A DNA stretch of 59,649 nt, counting the filler, from Platydemus manokwari (lineage: Eukaryota): the NCBI GenBank assembly GCA_037951405.1. It is 5 parts of 5 records of this genome, joined end to end, with 100 filler letters (N's around TTAATTAATTAA, not from the genome) between each part and the next. Parts side by side here need not be neighbours in the genome. Positions count along the whole stretch, not along the records: positions 1 to 10,395 come from JBBMOY011137439.1; positions 10,496 to 23,317 come from JBBMOY011955825.1; 3 more parts are not named here. The stretch is one strand, 5' to 3'. Position 1 is the stretch's first letter; each line of letters begins with the position of its first letter. Shown here in pieces: positions 1 through 13,400 of the stretch. The position numbers were made by a program, and so were the translations under genes. Under the pieces are notes generated by a model that searched no databases, had not been told where the DNA came from, and worked only from the letters and a program-made list of their open reading frames with translations.

Positions 1-875
1 TACCGGCGCTAATTAATTGTCAAAATATTTCATTCCATAATACACAAATATTTTTTAATTATTTAACATGCAAATCCTTTAATATCTCCAAACAAGAAAT
101 ATATGACTTATACCACTGTCATAATCAAGGGCACATATGTATTTACATCTTTTATTAGATAAGTATCATTAAAGGAATAAAGACGTTTATAGTTATAAAT
201 TTACAAAACTACTCTACCATTTAGGAGATGTCGTATATCGAAACATTTATTAGTATCTTATATTTTTATTTGATGAGTATTTATTAAAATAATGCATCAC
301 AATTCATAATTTATAATCACACAAATAAACGATTTGCATATTTATTCGAAAAGTGATATGATTGGAAAATTTAATAAATTACTTGTTCGGATCGGATGCA
401 GAATCGAGAAACACAATAGTGCAATCAAGCTGTTGACATTTCGATGAATTTTCTTTCTTTGAACGAATCATTTTAGATTAGTATGTCATAAATAGAATAT
501 TTCCAATTATGAGTGCATCGATTCAAGCATTATTCGCGAACAATATTTGGAATATTCATTTAAAATTAGATCCAGAATTTAAAAATTGTTTTGCTCAATC
601 TCGCAATTCGATAAAAAAATATTTCCAAATAATAATATTATCATTTAATCTAATATTCTTATTAATATATATTATTGATTATTTGTCGATCGATTTTTTT
701 AAAAAATCTTTTATGTTGATTTTAATTAGGATAAATTTTTTTAAAAAAAGATATTGGAATAAATCGAATAATAATAAAATTCTTAATTAAATTAATTATT
801 TAATTACAAACGTAAAAAGGTTTTTGTTTAAATTTTAGAAGATGATGAATAATTTTTATTATCTAATCAATAAAA

Positions 876-1754
876 ATGTTTATGACAAATTCCGAATACG
901 ATGGTGGAGTGAACACATTCAGTCCTGAAGGTCGTCTTTTTCAAGTCGAATATGCCATCGAGGCAACAAAAGTAGAATATTTATAAAATCTTTTCGTCAA
1001 TCTTTATTTCTTGTACAGCTCGGATCAACATCGATTGGTATGAAAACCAAACACGGAGTCGTATTAGTAGTCGAAAAACGTATTAATAGTCCCTTATTGG
1101 TACCGAGTAGTGTGGAGAAAATTTTCAAAATTGATGAATATACATGTATGTTGATTAGGGAATTTTGATTTAGGATTTTATTATTTTCCTTTTAATAGCA
1201 ATTGCCGTTAGTGGCTTGGTTGCTGATGCGAGAATTCTCGTTGAAAGAGCACGAACAGAATCAGCCAATCATTGGTTCAACTTTAATAGTCGCATGTCGG
1301 TGGAAAACATTGCACAAAGTGTTAGTAAAATGGCTTTGTCATTTTCTGATAACGATTGTGATAGACCAGCTATGGTAAAAGATTTAATAACTCTTCGCTT
1401 AATGAATCTGAATTGTAGAGTCGACCATTTGGAGTAGCTCTTTTGTTTGCCGGAGTAGATGCCAATGGGCCCCAATTGATACACATGGACCCAAGTGGTA
1501 CATTCATTAATTATCACGCAAAAGCAATTGGATCCGGATGTGAAGGAGCTCAACAAGCGTTGGTGGAAGTCTATAATCAAAATATGACAATCGAAGAAGC
1601 TGGAATGGAACTTTTGGCTGTTTTGAAAAATGCAATGGAAGAAAAACTAACAAGTGGGAACATCGAGATGTGCAATATCACAGAAAGTGGAAAATTCCAT
1701 CTTTACACTAAAGAGGAAATTGAAGAATTGATTGTGAAAAAATTCGGAAATTAA
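876..1754 (+). CDS. PSMA5: 20S proteasome subunit alpha type-5; exons 876-971, 1019-1145, 1199-1374, 1419-1754 (244 aa)
   Basis: Spliced translation [32 protein letters not shown]|LGSTSIG...[10 protein letters not shown]...[14 protein letters not shown]...[15 protein letters not shown] matches the alpha-5 signature. Three GT-AG introns of 47, 53 and 44 nt keep the frame. Confidence 0.97.
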
Positions 1755-3351
1755 ATTATTTTGAAATAATAAATTGTTTTGAGTTTTAGTTGTGTTGATC
1801 ATCTGAACTGATGTTATCGGAAAATATTCTAATTTCGTGTGTAAGTTGTCAGCCACAAAACATAGGTGAAATGCAAATTATCTGAATGAAATGAAAATAT
1901 TCATCTATTGGAAGTTAAAATCCTTGACTGTCATCTTCTACAACCACATGGGTATAAGATGAACGAAATGTTTAAACTTAAGATGAAAAACTTTTTTCTT
2001 TTGCCTTGGTTACAAGAAATTTAAAAGCAACATCAATTCAGAGGCTTATTGTATCTCTCGGATTAAAGATTTATAGTTTTTTGCGAAATAAACGCTGCCA
2101 TAAAACGATATGGAGGAATTATTATTTGCGTTACGTCTACAACAATGATAATTATCTCATTTCAGACCACATTTGTTGATGTCAGTTGTATGAAATAACT
2201 AAATGCATTCTGTTAATGTAATTTATTAATTCTGTTGGTAAATATATTACTATTTTATTGACTACTTGCAAACACTGACTTGACACTTATGGATGAAAAG
2301 CCCTCTTCAACACATGCGTTTGTTTTCTTTTTATTGTGATGACGCCATTAATAGTTCTTAATAGAAGATTGTGTACTTATTAACCAAGGCTCTATTTTTC
2401 ATCAATTAACTATCTCATTTATTTTCTCGCGTGGATTTCATAAAAATAAACTAACAGTGCAATTGACCATTGTACAATGTTCTAATTTCAGAGGTTTTAT
2501 AATCGTTACTTTTGTTGAATTTATTAAAATAAAATAATTGCTGTAATTTGGAATTTAAGAAAACCTGGTGCTACTCATCACTCCATTCGAATAAAATAAA
2601 CAACCATTTTTTTACCGGCTTCAACCAGTAATAGGCCATTCCTACATGCCTATTTATACTTGAAGCTAGGGTGTATCTTTATGCGCTACATTTTAATTTA
2701 ATATTTTGTTTCTCCAATTCCAATTAGATCTATTGATTTTCTATAATAGGATTGGTCTGTCCATATATGTGTTTTGTTAAATAGTTGACCATCTTCAAAA
2801 TGAAATCTTCAGTTTATGTCGTCTATTATTGGCTCACTACCATGCTTCTATGGTTGAATAGGCATGTATATGTGAGAAGAGTGAAGCAATGTTTTCGAGA
2901 TGCCAAAATCGTATGTTTTGTGTGATATTAATTTTTACTCTACACTTTTATAATAACTTCATTCAATCAGAATTCATTTTTCATGTTGTTTCTGATTATT
3001 TTTGTGAGTATTTCAGTATTTGATCCGTATATTTATATGACTGGTTCTTCTCAGGTGCACTTGGGGCTTTAATTTTTCATATTTGGTGAATTTTTTTGAA
3101 ATCGAAGTGAGATTCAGTGTGCATATAATCTTATAAAATACAAAAAATGTTAATAAATTATTTCTAGTTTAGATGGGAAATAATCTAGTTTTGGTTATCA
3201 GAACAAAAGCAAAACTTTAATGTAATACAAAGCATTAATAAAAAACCCATTTATAAGAATAAACTTATATTATTAACCAAGGAAAAATGTTTACATTTCC
3301 ACATGTCCGCAAACATTTTCATTTTGAATCAATTATTTATATTATCATGAA

Positions 3352-3684
3352 TCATATCCATATAACGGAATCGTTGTTCTTTCTATATTCGAGATCTTGA
3401 AAACGATCGAAAATTTGGGTCAAACATTTAAAATTCATGTCACGCCTTATCGATCGAAAACAGAATATTGTTCCCATCAACAGTAACAGAAATATCAAGA
3501 CACAAACAGTAGTGATTATATAAATATCAATGTCGGCTAATGGAAGTACGTTTTCTGAACTTTGGATTTCCGTTGTTGTGATATTTTGATTGGGTTGGGA
3601 AGTGGATATGAAATGGAGTGGAACAGTGAAGCACACAATGACTCTCGAAAATATAGTAAACGAAAATAAAAATGACATTTTCAT
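3352..3684 (-). CDS. Orphan single-pass (type I-like) membrane protein, about 110 aa
   Basis: ATG at 3684; hydrophobic N-terminus, short S/T-rich ectodomain with an NIT sequon, one hydrophobic span (IYIITTVCVLIFLLLLMGTIFCF) followed by basic RSIRR. No recognisable family. Confidence 0.55.
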   Translation of the reverse strand: MKMSFLFSFTIFSRVIVCFTVPLHFISTSQPNQNITTTEIQSSENVLPLADIDIYIITTVCVLIFLLLLMGTIFCFRSIRRDMNFKCLTQIFDRFQDLEYRKNNDSVIWI

Positions 3685-3799
3685 ATTCAAATAATATTTT
3701 AAGTTGTAATTGAGGTTTTTATAATTTTATTTAACAGAAATATTAAGTAATACTTATATAATATTATTAGCGGAATATTATCAAGTTTCCTATAAAATA

Positions 3800-5820
3800 A
3801 GATTGTTAGATACGAGATTCATATCAGTTATTTTATTGCTAGAAATGAATTGTCCATCTTTTGCGAATATCAATATGTATATTTCTTGAGTTCACTTTTC
3901 TGCGAATTCAATCTCAAGTTTTGCCGCCAATATTTCTGGATAATTTTTCTTAATGATTTTTCCGCATTTTACATTTTTTTTCTTTTCTTTTATCTTTCCT
4001 TTCCTTCTACACCAATGAGTGCCGTAGTGAATTCTTCTAATTCCAAATATTGTGTTGCCATCTCTTTTTTCATGCTGGATTTGAGTTCTATGGTGGTTTC
4101 TTTTATCGTTTCTCCTTTGAACGAATCAAATTGAATTATATTGATATATGCTGATTGATACTGCCTATTTACTTCATACACAAGGGTTTCCAGATCCATT
4201 TATCTTATTGTTCAGATATAGTGTATTGTTTCTATGTCGAAAACATCTCTGACTTCATTAAATTTCAATTTCGTAATTGCAAATTGTTATCACATCATTT
4301 TAAAAATATTCTCCTCCATCCACAATTGCTATATTATCAGTCACTATCTAAATATTAACTTCATCTTCCACTACTGTTAGAATTTTCAATTTGTCTATTC
4401 TTAGTTTCTAAGAAGTTGAAACATCATTACAAGCTCTTACTGTAATCTAACATTTCGAATATTAATAAAGTAACTAAAAATGAAGACTAATTTTAAGACT
4501 CTGAACTTAACATTATCTCATTTTATCCTTTCTGCAACTCGTTTTTTGAAAAATACATTATGGTATTTGTCTTTAAAGTTTTATTTATTATCTTTATTGA
4601 TACATTCTTTAAGGCCTATCAATGAACAAATTTTGGTCCTTTGTGGCACTACACGATTGTTAAGTATGTAAAAAAACTAAAGCAAAATATCTTCAAAATC
4701 CCTCAAAAAGTTCGATACATACAGACTCGGTGAACCTCCATTGCAATAGCCAAACAGATACTTCAAAGATACCAATTCATCCATATAATTATCAACAAGT
4801 GGTAAACACAAAGTTAAGCACGAGAGTTAGAAGAAAACATACTAACAAACTAGTACGTAGACTGTTTCAGTTTATAGAAAAGGTTAAGCAAACAAGTAAA
4901 CCGACACAGCATGTTGTTGATTAAAGATGAAACCACATAAAAGAAAAACAATTCTGCATCTTGGAACCTTTGGTTTGACACTTTAAGCAAAATAACATGC
5001 ATGCAAAACCATGCCACAGAAACCAGCCAATCGAAGAGAACTTAAATAAAAGATTCTAATTCGAAAAATAGACAACTGCACATACTGATTGAAAATCGAT
5101 AAATCCCATCGAAACTTGACAATCAAAATATTAAATCAAAACGTGACACAGAAATTACACACAAAGCTCAAATATAAATAATTATCTAAAGATGGTCAAC
5201 TGCCAGTTGAAAACCGAGGAAAACGATGTTCATTTTGTTTGATTTGTCGAGTGTTTTTAATTATCATTGGAGTCGACAATGAAAGTAGTGATTGGCGCGA
5301 TTTGGTGAAAATAAAACGTTTTCAACCTTCAATTCTTCTGACTCAAAAATGTCTGTTATATCGGTGTCGGATCTTTGAAGTAACTACCAGTTCGTCTTAG
5401 TGATTAATCCAATGACCAATCTTTATAGGATTCTATTTCTATTCTATCTTTCGGGTGCTGATTCTGTTGTGAACTGATTATTGAATTTGCTATTGTGGAT
5501 GCGATTTTGGATCGTGATTACTTGATAATTTGATTTAACGTGTGATAATGTGATTGATAATTATAATTCCACCATTCAGCGTTAGTAAATTAGTAATACA
5601 ATCAAAAGCTCTAAAGATTGTCCCTGTTTTGTTTAATAAACTTCATGTTTTAATATTTTCCTTACTATCATATGGATTTGTACTCCTAGTGTTCCAGAAT
5701 TCATTACTTGAAAACGTTTCATTTTTCGTTAATTTTATTTTTACTTTTTCCTTAACTAGTCCTTCACAGCTATAATGATTGTCTATCTATGGTTTGATAT
5801 ATATTCTTCTACCAATACCT
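3800..5820 (-). pseudogene. Decayed coding-like sequence with coiled-coil-like and hydrophobic segments
   Basis: Protein-like runs (MDLETLVYEVNRQ...GKER*, LFDWLVSVAWFCMHVILL..., DITDIFESEELKVENV) and intron-like GT...AG segments, broken by many stops and frameshifts. Family not identified. Confidence 0.3.
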
Positions 5821-5851
5821 GTTTTCAATTATTTAATAAAATAAAAGTTTA

Positions 5852-6349
5852 TTAAATTAAAAACCAAACCAAAATTATTAGCACAATAGACATCGAGTAT
5901 TGAATAGAAAGGATTGTAAACGAAATAATACAGAAAGGTAAAGAATTTGACAGATAATAATTTCCGACAAGTTTCACAAGAATCGTTATTGTAAATTTTG
6001 GATTTAAAAACATAAGCAAAGATATCAAAGTACATAATAATGATATCATTGATAGATAAATGGCGACTATTCGTAAAGCTTTTGATTTGTGTTCAATAAA
6101 GTAAAAAATCGAAATGCAACTTAAAATTGTGGCAATACTGCTCATAGTGATCCAATGAGCAGGAGGTTTGAAGGCGAGACTACAACGTTTGTACAGATGA
6201 ATGAATAAAGATGATAATCCAACAACACCTTGAAACACAGCTGACATTTTCGACAATTCATCCACATTAAATGTCCGATTTTGATTGTCTAATTTGTTGA
6301 TCTTTGTTGGTGGTATTCCATTGATTTCTTGATCGTGAACTGTTGACAT
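5852..6349 (-). CDS. Orphan multi-pass membrane protein (165 aa ORF, possibly the first exon of a longer decayed gene)
   Basis: Long ORF for this AT-rich background; polar N-terminus followed by about four hydrophobic spans. Confidence 0.5.
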   Translation of the reverse strand: MSTVHDQEINGIPPTKINKLDNQNRTFNVDELSKMSAVFQGVVGLSSLFIHLYKRCSLAFKPPAHWITMSSIATILSCISIFYFIEHKSKALRIVAIYLSMISLLCTLISLLMFLNPKFTITILVKLVGNYYLSNSLPFCIISFTILSIQYSMSIVLIILVWFLI

Positions 6350-9300
6350 TTTCTTATGATTTCTTGAAAATATTTGAAAATAATATATTAATTAATTAAT
6401 TAATTATAATCGATTATTATTAATTAATCATTTTGCAAATAAATACAAAATCTGAAGTCGATTTGTCAAATAATTATATTCCTTATATGATAGACAACCA
6501 TAATGTAACACAGTATTTAAGATACATCGTGTGCAATACAAGATAAAGAATAACCAAATGAGTTAAAGATCGATTAATTATTTTTACATTTATTTTAACA
6601 CTTTGTTTTCGATTATTTTTGAAGGGTTTCAACTGGACTAAAGCTGGTCCAAATTCAGTTTATTCCGAAGCACGCATTTTTGTTGATTATATCTATCAAT
6701 TGATGTTTCCTTTCACGGTTTCTTATATATGCTATATTTTGTAGCCATGTTTTTTGATTGATAAAAGTTGTAATTAATTTTATGGATTTTTCGAATTCTT
6801 TTTTCTTGGTTATATATGTTTTTAGATATTGTGATGAGTATCGGAAACATGATTTTAAAGGCTGATTTTTCTTATTGACACTTATACTTCACACGCTATC
6901 GTCTTTAAGCACATCGATCATAAACAGAGCAATGAGATATGTAGGGAATGCTTTATTCTGCCAGGCGATTAATTATTAAGTTGATTGTTTCTGATTCCAT
7001 ATAAATAGAATTCCATTTCTGTCTAAAATCTTTAATTTGATCTAGAGATTGCTATAATAATCTTCCATGATTTGCTTAAAATCACAAAAACACTAATAGA
7101 ACAATATAACATTTGAATTCTGCTGAAATTATTCACGGAGTTGTAAAAATATAAACTATTCGTTGTAATTAATATAATATATTTCTGAACTTAATGTGTA
7201 ATTACAAGTTTTGATTATAATTAGTGAAATATTTAAATAAATATCAAGTTAATTTAAATAAACCATTGAAGAAAGTGCACAGTCAAAATACTAGTAATCT
7301 AGAATACCTTTTTTAAAAATGTTTATTAAGTCTACAAATACAACGACGACATACAAAGTTGTATCCCATAGAAAACTACGGACTTGGATAAATATCAAAT
7401 AATCTAAAATGACAATTAAACGAAGTTAAAACGAACGCTATTTAAAATATTTATTATTATTTAAGGTATAATTTTTATTTTTTGACATAAAACAGAATAA
7501 TTCGTAGTATTTCGATTCATGTAACGATATGCATGGCTACCGACTAATACATGGATATTTAGATATTTTTCATTTGTTTTCCTACCGTAACGATCGAATT
7601 GAATGGAATTTTCATTTGTAAACTAAACAATAAAATTTTTAATGACTGATCAAAATCAATTGTTATTAATAACCTTTTTGTTGCCAGCCAATGTTAGTTT
7701 TTGGAAATTATCAAACTTGTTTTTATTATGCTGAAAAATTAATCATTTGGATCAAAATATAACAACTATTATTGACATCATTCAAATATAGAACAAAATA
7801 AGAACCCTCAGATAACTGAACCAAAATAGTTCCAGCTCCAGTGTAATATTTTTATTATTGCAATTCACTTCTGATTGCATAAATTCCGCGTCAAATTTTA
7901 TTGTATTTTAATAATTACAAAAATCTCGTCAGATTCAAACTCATCAAAACCGGAATGGGATCAGTTTTAGAAAAAAGTTGTACTTTTAAAAGTATCTTAA
8001 AAAGTCCGAAAATTTTAATTCAAGCCCTGAATAACTGGTGTTTTTGAACTAATAAATTTTGATGGAAACAAATAGCATTTTTATTATAATTGTTATGAAG
8101 TCTTGAGTTTATTATCAAAACTTAATTACGATTAATAAATACAAGTGAAATTGAATAATTTATCAAGTAAATTTTATAATACGTGGACTAACCAGCTTAA
8201 GTTATTTTCCAAAATTATCGAAGATAATGTTAAATAAAATACGAAATATTGATAAATATAATTCATTGTCATGTTTGAACTAAATTATATCTATTTCTTG
8301 GAAATCGGTTTTGAAATTCACACTTTATTATAGATCTGAGTCAATAAAATGTAATTTTACATAAAAATTCAACTCATTTAAAAAGCCTTGTGCTCTCAAT
8401 AAAATTTACATATAGTCATTCATAGATTTTTCATTACCAATAGCTATTAGTACTAAAAATTTGATAATAATCGCTTCTTAAATTTTTTCGAACCTCTTTA
8501 ACAAACAAGAGGGTAATTAATTGGTATAATGGTAATTGAGTATTTTTGATTTTTATTTATTTGAGTGATAAATAAAAAAGCTGTATTAAAAAAATATAAA
8601 TTAGTGATAAATTTATATTAAATTAATTGATTTTTAAAAGTATAACTCACTGGAGATTTATTGCTAATTTCAGTTAAAAAATTCATTCTGTCTCGCACGT
8701 CCTTAGAGTTGAAATCGTTAAAGATTTGGACGAAAAATTTTGAAATACTTTTATTGATATTGATAATTTTCAATTTGAAGTTTAAATTTAACTGATCAAT
8801 TTTTAGATTTATTTGAAATTGAAATTTAAAAATAAAATAATTAATTTTTCGAACATTTTTTCTTGCATCTAAAGTTTGTAGATTAACTATTATATTCAAC
8901 CATAGATGATTTGAGCTATTTTGTAATTATAATTAAAGCTGGTTTGTATCAATTTTTTATAATAACAGAAATATTTCACTCTGAATCTCGATTTAGCAGG
9001 TTAAAGATCAATGCTGTTAAGATGCTGTTGATCAAAACCTGCAAAATTATATTATACCACAATGTCACAAGCTTAAGATCCAATAAATACTGATAAACTT
9101 TTATTTAAGTCATTGATAATCTATCACACAAGATAGGATAAGCACCCAATAGTCAATAGAAAACAACCAAAAAGACTGGCAGTTACTCATGGAATTCAAT
9201 ATCTTTTATAGACCTGTTTAGTGTGTTTACTTGATGTCATGGATCTTGGTTTTTCATTTGCTGAATTCGCTCGTACATTGGCCTGCTTGCAATTTTCCTT

Positions 9301-10395
9301 ATATCTTTTATGTCATTGGCAGATTTTTGAATTTTCTGCCATTTGTAGGTATGCGTCTGTCGTTTTTATCTTCTAAATATGGATTAATATTAGAAAGAAT
9401 GTGATTGGCTAACAGACACGTGTGTTTTACGGATTTGTGTGTGTCAATCTTTTCTAAGGTAAACCTTTCGGTTGATTTTGTGATCTACCCAATATATCCA
9501 TGCAAAAATACTTCTCAAATACAAAAACTTCTTCAAATTTAAATTTAATCAAAAATTTTGAAAATGTCAATAAAATATCTCTATAATCACAAATCCCGAT
9601 ATGTTAAAATGATAGAGAAAAAGCAAAGAATCGTTCAAAAACAATTGATAATTAACTAATTTTAAAGGAACATTATTGTGACTAATTCGTTTTACTCTGA
9701 TTCTTTATTTATTATTATTGATTGATAGTCGAATTTTTTTGAAATGAAGAAGTCTTTGGTATTTTAATATAAATATAGACAAAGAGGATAAATAAAAATA
9801 GTAAATTGATTTAAATGAATAACTATTATTCCAAAGGTGTTAATATTTAATAAAATAAAATAAAACAATTGGGTTAAATATTAATTATAAATAGTATATA
9901 TTTAGATGCAAATAGAGAAAAGCTTACGCAATAAATAAAATGACAAACAACTACTTCCGTTCAGGGAAGTAAGCATGGATTTCAAGAAAACAAACCGCCT
10001 CACAACACTTAGAGTTGAATTTCAAATTAAGATTTTAGAAATAAAATTAAATTCTAATTCGTAATTGCGGACAATCAAGTAGAATGAATCTAAGCGTAAG
10101 GATTTATTAATTTAGCGAAAATTTCGTTACTTTTCAAATAAATTTTATTAAGTGCTCATATTTCAGCAGAACATTTCAAATCTGGTAAACAATATTTTTG
10201 TTATAATACTTCATAATCCTTTTTTATATATTCTTGACGAAAGACGAAGATAACTTTACAGAAACTGCGAACCACAATCGAAGAACGGGACGATACTTAT
10301 TCTTCTATTATATATATATATATACCCTAAAATTCCATAGATAAGAGCGGTTCATAGATAAGAGCGCTTTGTCTAGAAAATGAAAATTAACGTTT

Positions 10396-10495
10396 NNNNN
10401 NNNNNNNNNNNNNNNNNNNNNNNNNNNNNNNNNNNNNNNTTAATTAATTAANNNNNNNNNNNNNNNNNNNNNNNNNNNNNNNNNNNNNNNNNNNN
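10396..10495. other. Artificial contig linker (44 N + TTAATTAATTAA + 44 N)
   Basis: Identical 100-nt construct occurs four times; the 12-mer has stops in all six frames. Confidence 0.97.
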
Positions 10496-13400
10496 GAAAT
10501 ATAATATTGTTCCCATTATTATTATTATCGATGATAATTTGGTATCAACTGGTGCTACAGGAATATCTTGTCAATTATCTCAGATTATTAATAGTTTCAA
10601 CTTGTTGAAGTCGTTATTAAGGCACATATATTCCAATATTATCATCGAAACAACTCACTTGACCATTTCACTCTCATTAATTTTTATCTGATCAGACATT
10701 TTACATTAAATAAAAACACTCGTACATAATGGGAAATTGGATGACTTTCACATGATTCAGATTGGTTCAATTTGTGAGTATTACTGTTGCCTTCTGTCCG
10801 TAGTATAAGAATTGACACTTTTTTGATCAAAATTATGGATACTTCATTTGAAGAACATTGTTAATCAATTAGATCTTCAGACATTAATTGAAATAAATCA
10901 TTGAAATTACATTCGAAATCAGTCCTGTAGAAAAGAAATGTTTCAATGAAATGTAAATTTGACATAAATGTTCATGTTCGATAAATTAAAATTAATGTGA
11001 TCAGATTACATGGTTCGATAAAGGGCTTTAGTAGTAAGTATGATGACTAAAGCACTGGAATGATATAATTAATCTAAAGAAAAAACTAAAAAATAACTAT
11101 ATATATTTAATAAACATAGGACTTTTAATAAGTTTGACCAATGCCAAGATTTCAAAAAGTTGAATCTGACACATAAACAACTGAGACTTTCCGAAAATAG
11201 TCTTAGTAATCCCATTTTTCTTATTGATCGTTCTGCTTTTTTTTAAATTTCACTTCATCCATTATAAACTTTCGTCTATGCCCGGTAGGAGACGTCAGAT
11301 GATCATTAATATGTCCAGCATTTTTGCTTACTCACGAATTATTGTTCAACAAGGAACCAATATACTCTTTTTTTATCTCTTCTAAAGGGCATTAGCGATT
11401 CAATTCAAGTGACCATTTGTTTTCTGAGATGAAAATCCGATTGTCAGTAGGCAGCCTTGATGCATTTCGTGGGGATCTTGTTAATTTTAAATTTAAGTTT
11501 CAAATTTAATCTGAGTTTTTATTTCTAGAACCGATTATTGTAAATTAGCATGGTTTTTGGCTAAACCATCGTCTGAACACAATGTCTATTGATTACTGTT
11601 GTTTTAACAAGTGATAATATTGTTACTTTGTAATGACACGATATCGCTTTATAATTATATATTTATTAACTAATAAATTTGCTTTTGCTTAATACTAACT
11701 ATATGTTTATTCAAATAATAAGACCTTTATGATTTAATAAAATTTGTTTAAAAAATATGAATATTAGCAGGCTTTTGAAAACGATAGAAAATAAAAGTGT
11801 AATACCCGGTTCACTAGATTTGTAGGTTTTGGAAAAATTCCACGAGGACGTATAAGAGTAACAAGGGAAAACTGATTTAGTATGATAAAATAATAATTAT
11901 CATAATAATATTTAAATAAACGATTAATTCTTTTAAATTATAAATGAGAAAAATTACGTTAACAGAATTAAACTTTCTCACCTACAGGCTATTTCCCATT
12001 TGTTCTCCGCGTAATTAAAATGAGCTCTCGTTCAATGAATAAAACCTCTTCTTGGAAACGTCAAATTCTTCTTGAAATTAAATCTTAATGAATTGCAAAT
12101 TTAAAAATTTTACATTGTATTCTTGAAGTCAACTCGCTACTTGATGTTTACTGCTTTATAATGATTTTCTTACGTACTTCTTACGATGATATTTTATTGT
12201 TAATATCTTATGGTTAATTGTCATTTGTAACTGAGAATTAGCGTCTTATTTTTTATTATTACTTGTTAAACACTACTTACTTAAATTCTAGTAATTACAA
12301 TTTTTGCACTATAATTTTTTATTGTAATACTATTCGTTTATCATTATTATTATTTATTATAATCTTTTATCGGTTTTTTCTCTTTATTTCTCTTTTACAA
12401 TTAAATCTCTTATTCACAATTACATTAATTAAACATTTGCTATATTTATCATATTAAATAAATTATCATTTGATAAAAATTATGACTATATATAAAGGAC
12501 AGAATATTCATAATTACAGATTTCTACAATGAAATGATATCCATTGTGTTTGTTCAATTTTCAAAATCAAATTATATTCCTGATTAAAATTAAATTAAAT
12601 TATATTGTTCGTTGATTGTTACATCGCAACTGAATGGATTTATTGTTTAGATTTCCAAAAGAATACAAATCAGAAGAAGGATGATTTGGTAAAGAATAAA
12701 GATGGATTAGAGATGGTCTGTGTTATAAGGAAATTATCATACTTCAGTATTTTATATGGTTTCCGTATTTTGTGCATAATATATTATTAGGTAATTTTCT
12801 TAAATAATTCACACACGTCATGATCTTTCAAGCATCATTCGAAATATCACTGAAAATTTGGTTACCGAATATTCGGCAATTCAAACAAATATTACATCGA
12901 TAGACTGGTTTTGTTGTCCTTTCTTAAATAAGACATCGAAACATTACAATTCATTTAGAAGTGCATTATTGTCATTGACTACTTTACACAGTTGTACAAA
13001 TCACTTGACTCTTGAAAGTCAGTATTTGCTGTGATCGTATTCTGTCTCCATATCAGCCTATTCCTCACACATATTTTAATATATAAACTTGTATTACAGA
13101 TTTTGACGAATTCATATTAAATCAAATTTACTGCATTCACTTTTACAATGAGTTAAGAAATGGAAAATCATTGATAATATTATTAAGAGATTTTGTTAAT
13201 ATCTTATTCTGATTTATTCAGTAAATATCAAAAATGCTAGCTTATGAATGTCATTAATGAATGATATCATTGTTAATATTGGCTATTAACGTCGGCGTTA
13301 CATTCATTTATAAAGACCGACAGAGTTAATGTAAAATATTTGAAATAAACATAAAGATTCCGTTGGAATAGTAACGAATTTGTAACAGAATTGTTTATCG

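Noticed and set aside
509-790. 93-aa ORF upstream of PSMA5
   Set aside because: I/F/K/N-rich translation typical of AT-rich noncoding promoter DNA; no motif.
8019-8029. hAT-like terminus TTCAAGCCCTG
   Set aside because: No partner TIR or TSD found.
9230-9500. Short coding-like stretch on the minus strand (WQKIQKSANDIKDIRK...)
   Set aside because: In-frame stop upstream; no consistent gene model or family.
10323-10395. CATAGATAAGAGCG direct repeat after a (TA)n run, resembling a DNA-transposon end
   Set aside because: Truncated by the contig end, so the other terminus cannot be tested.
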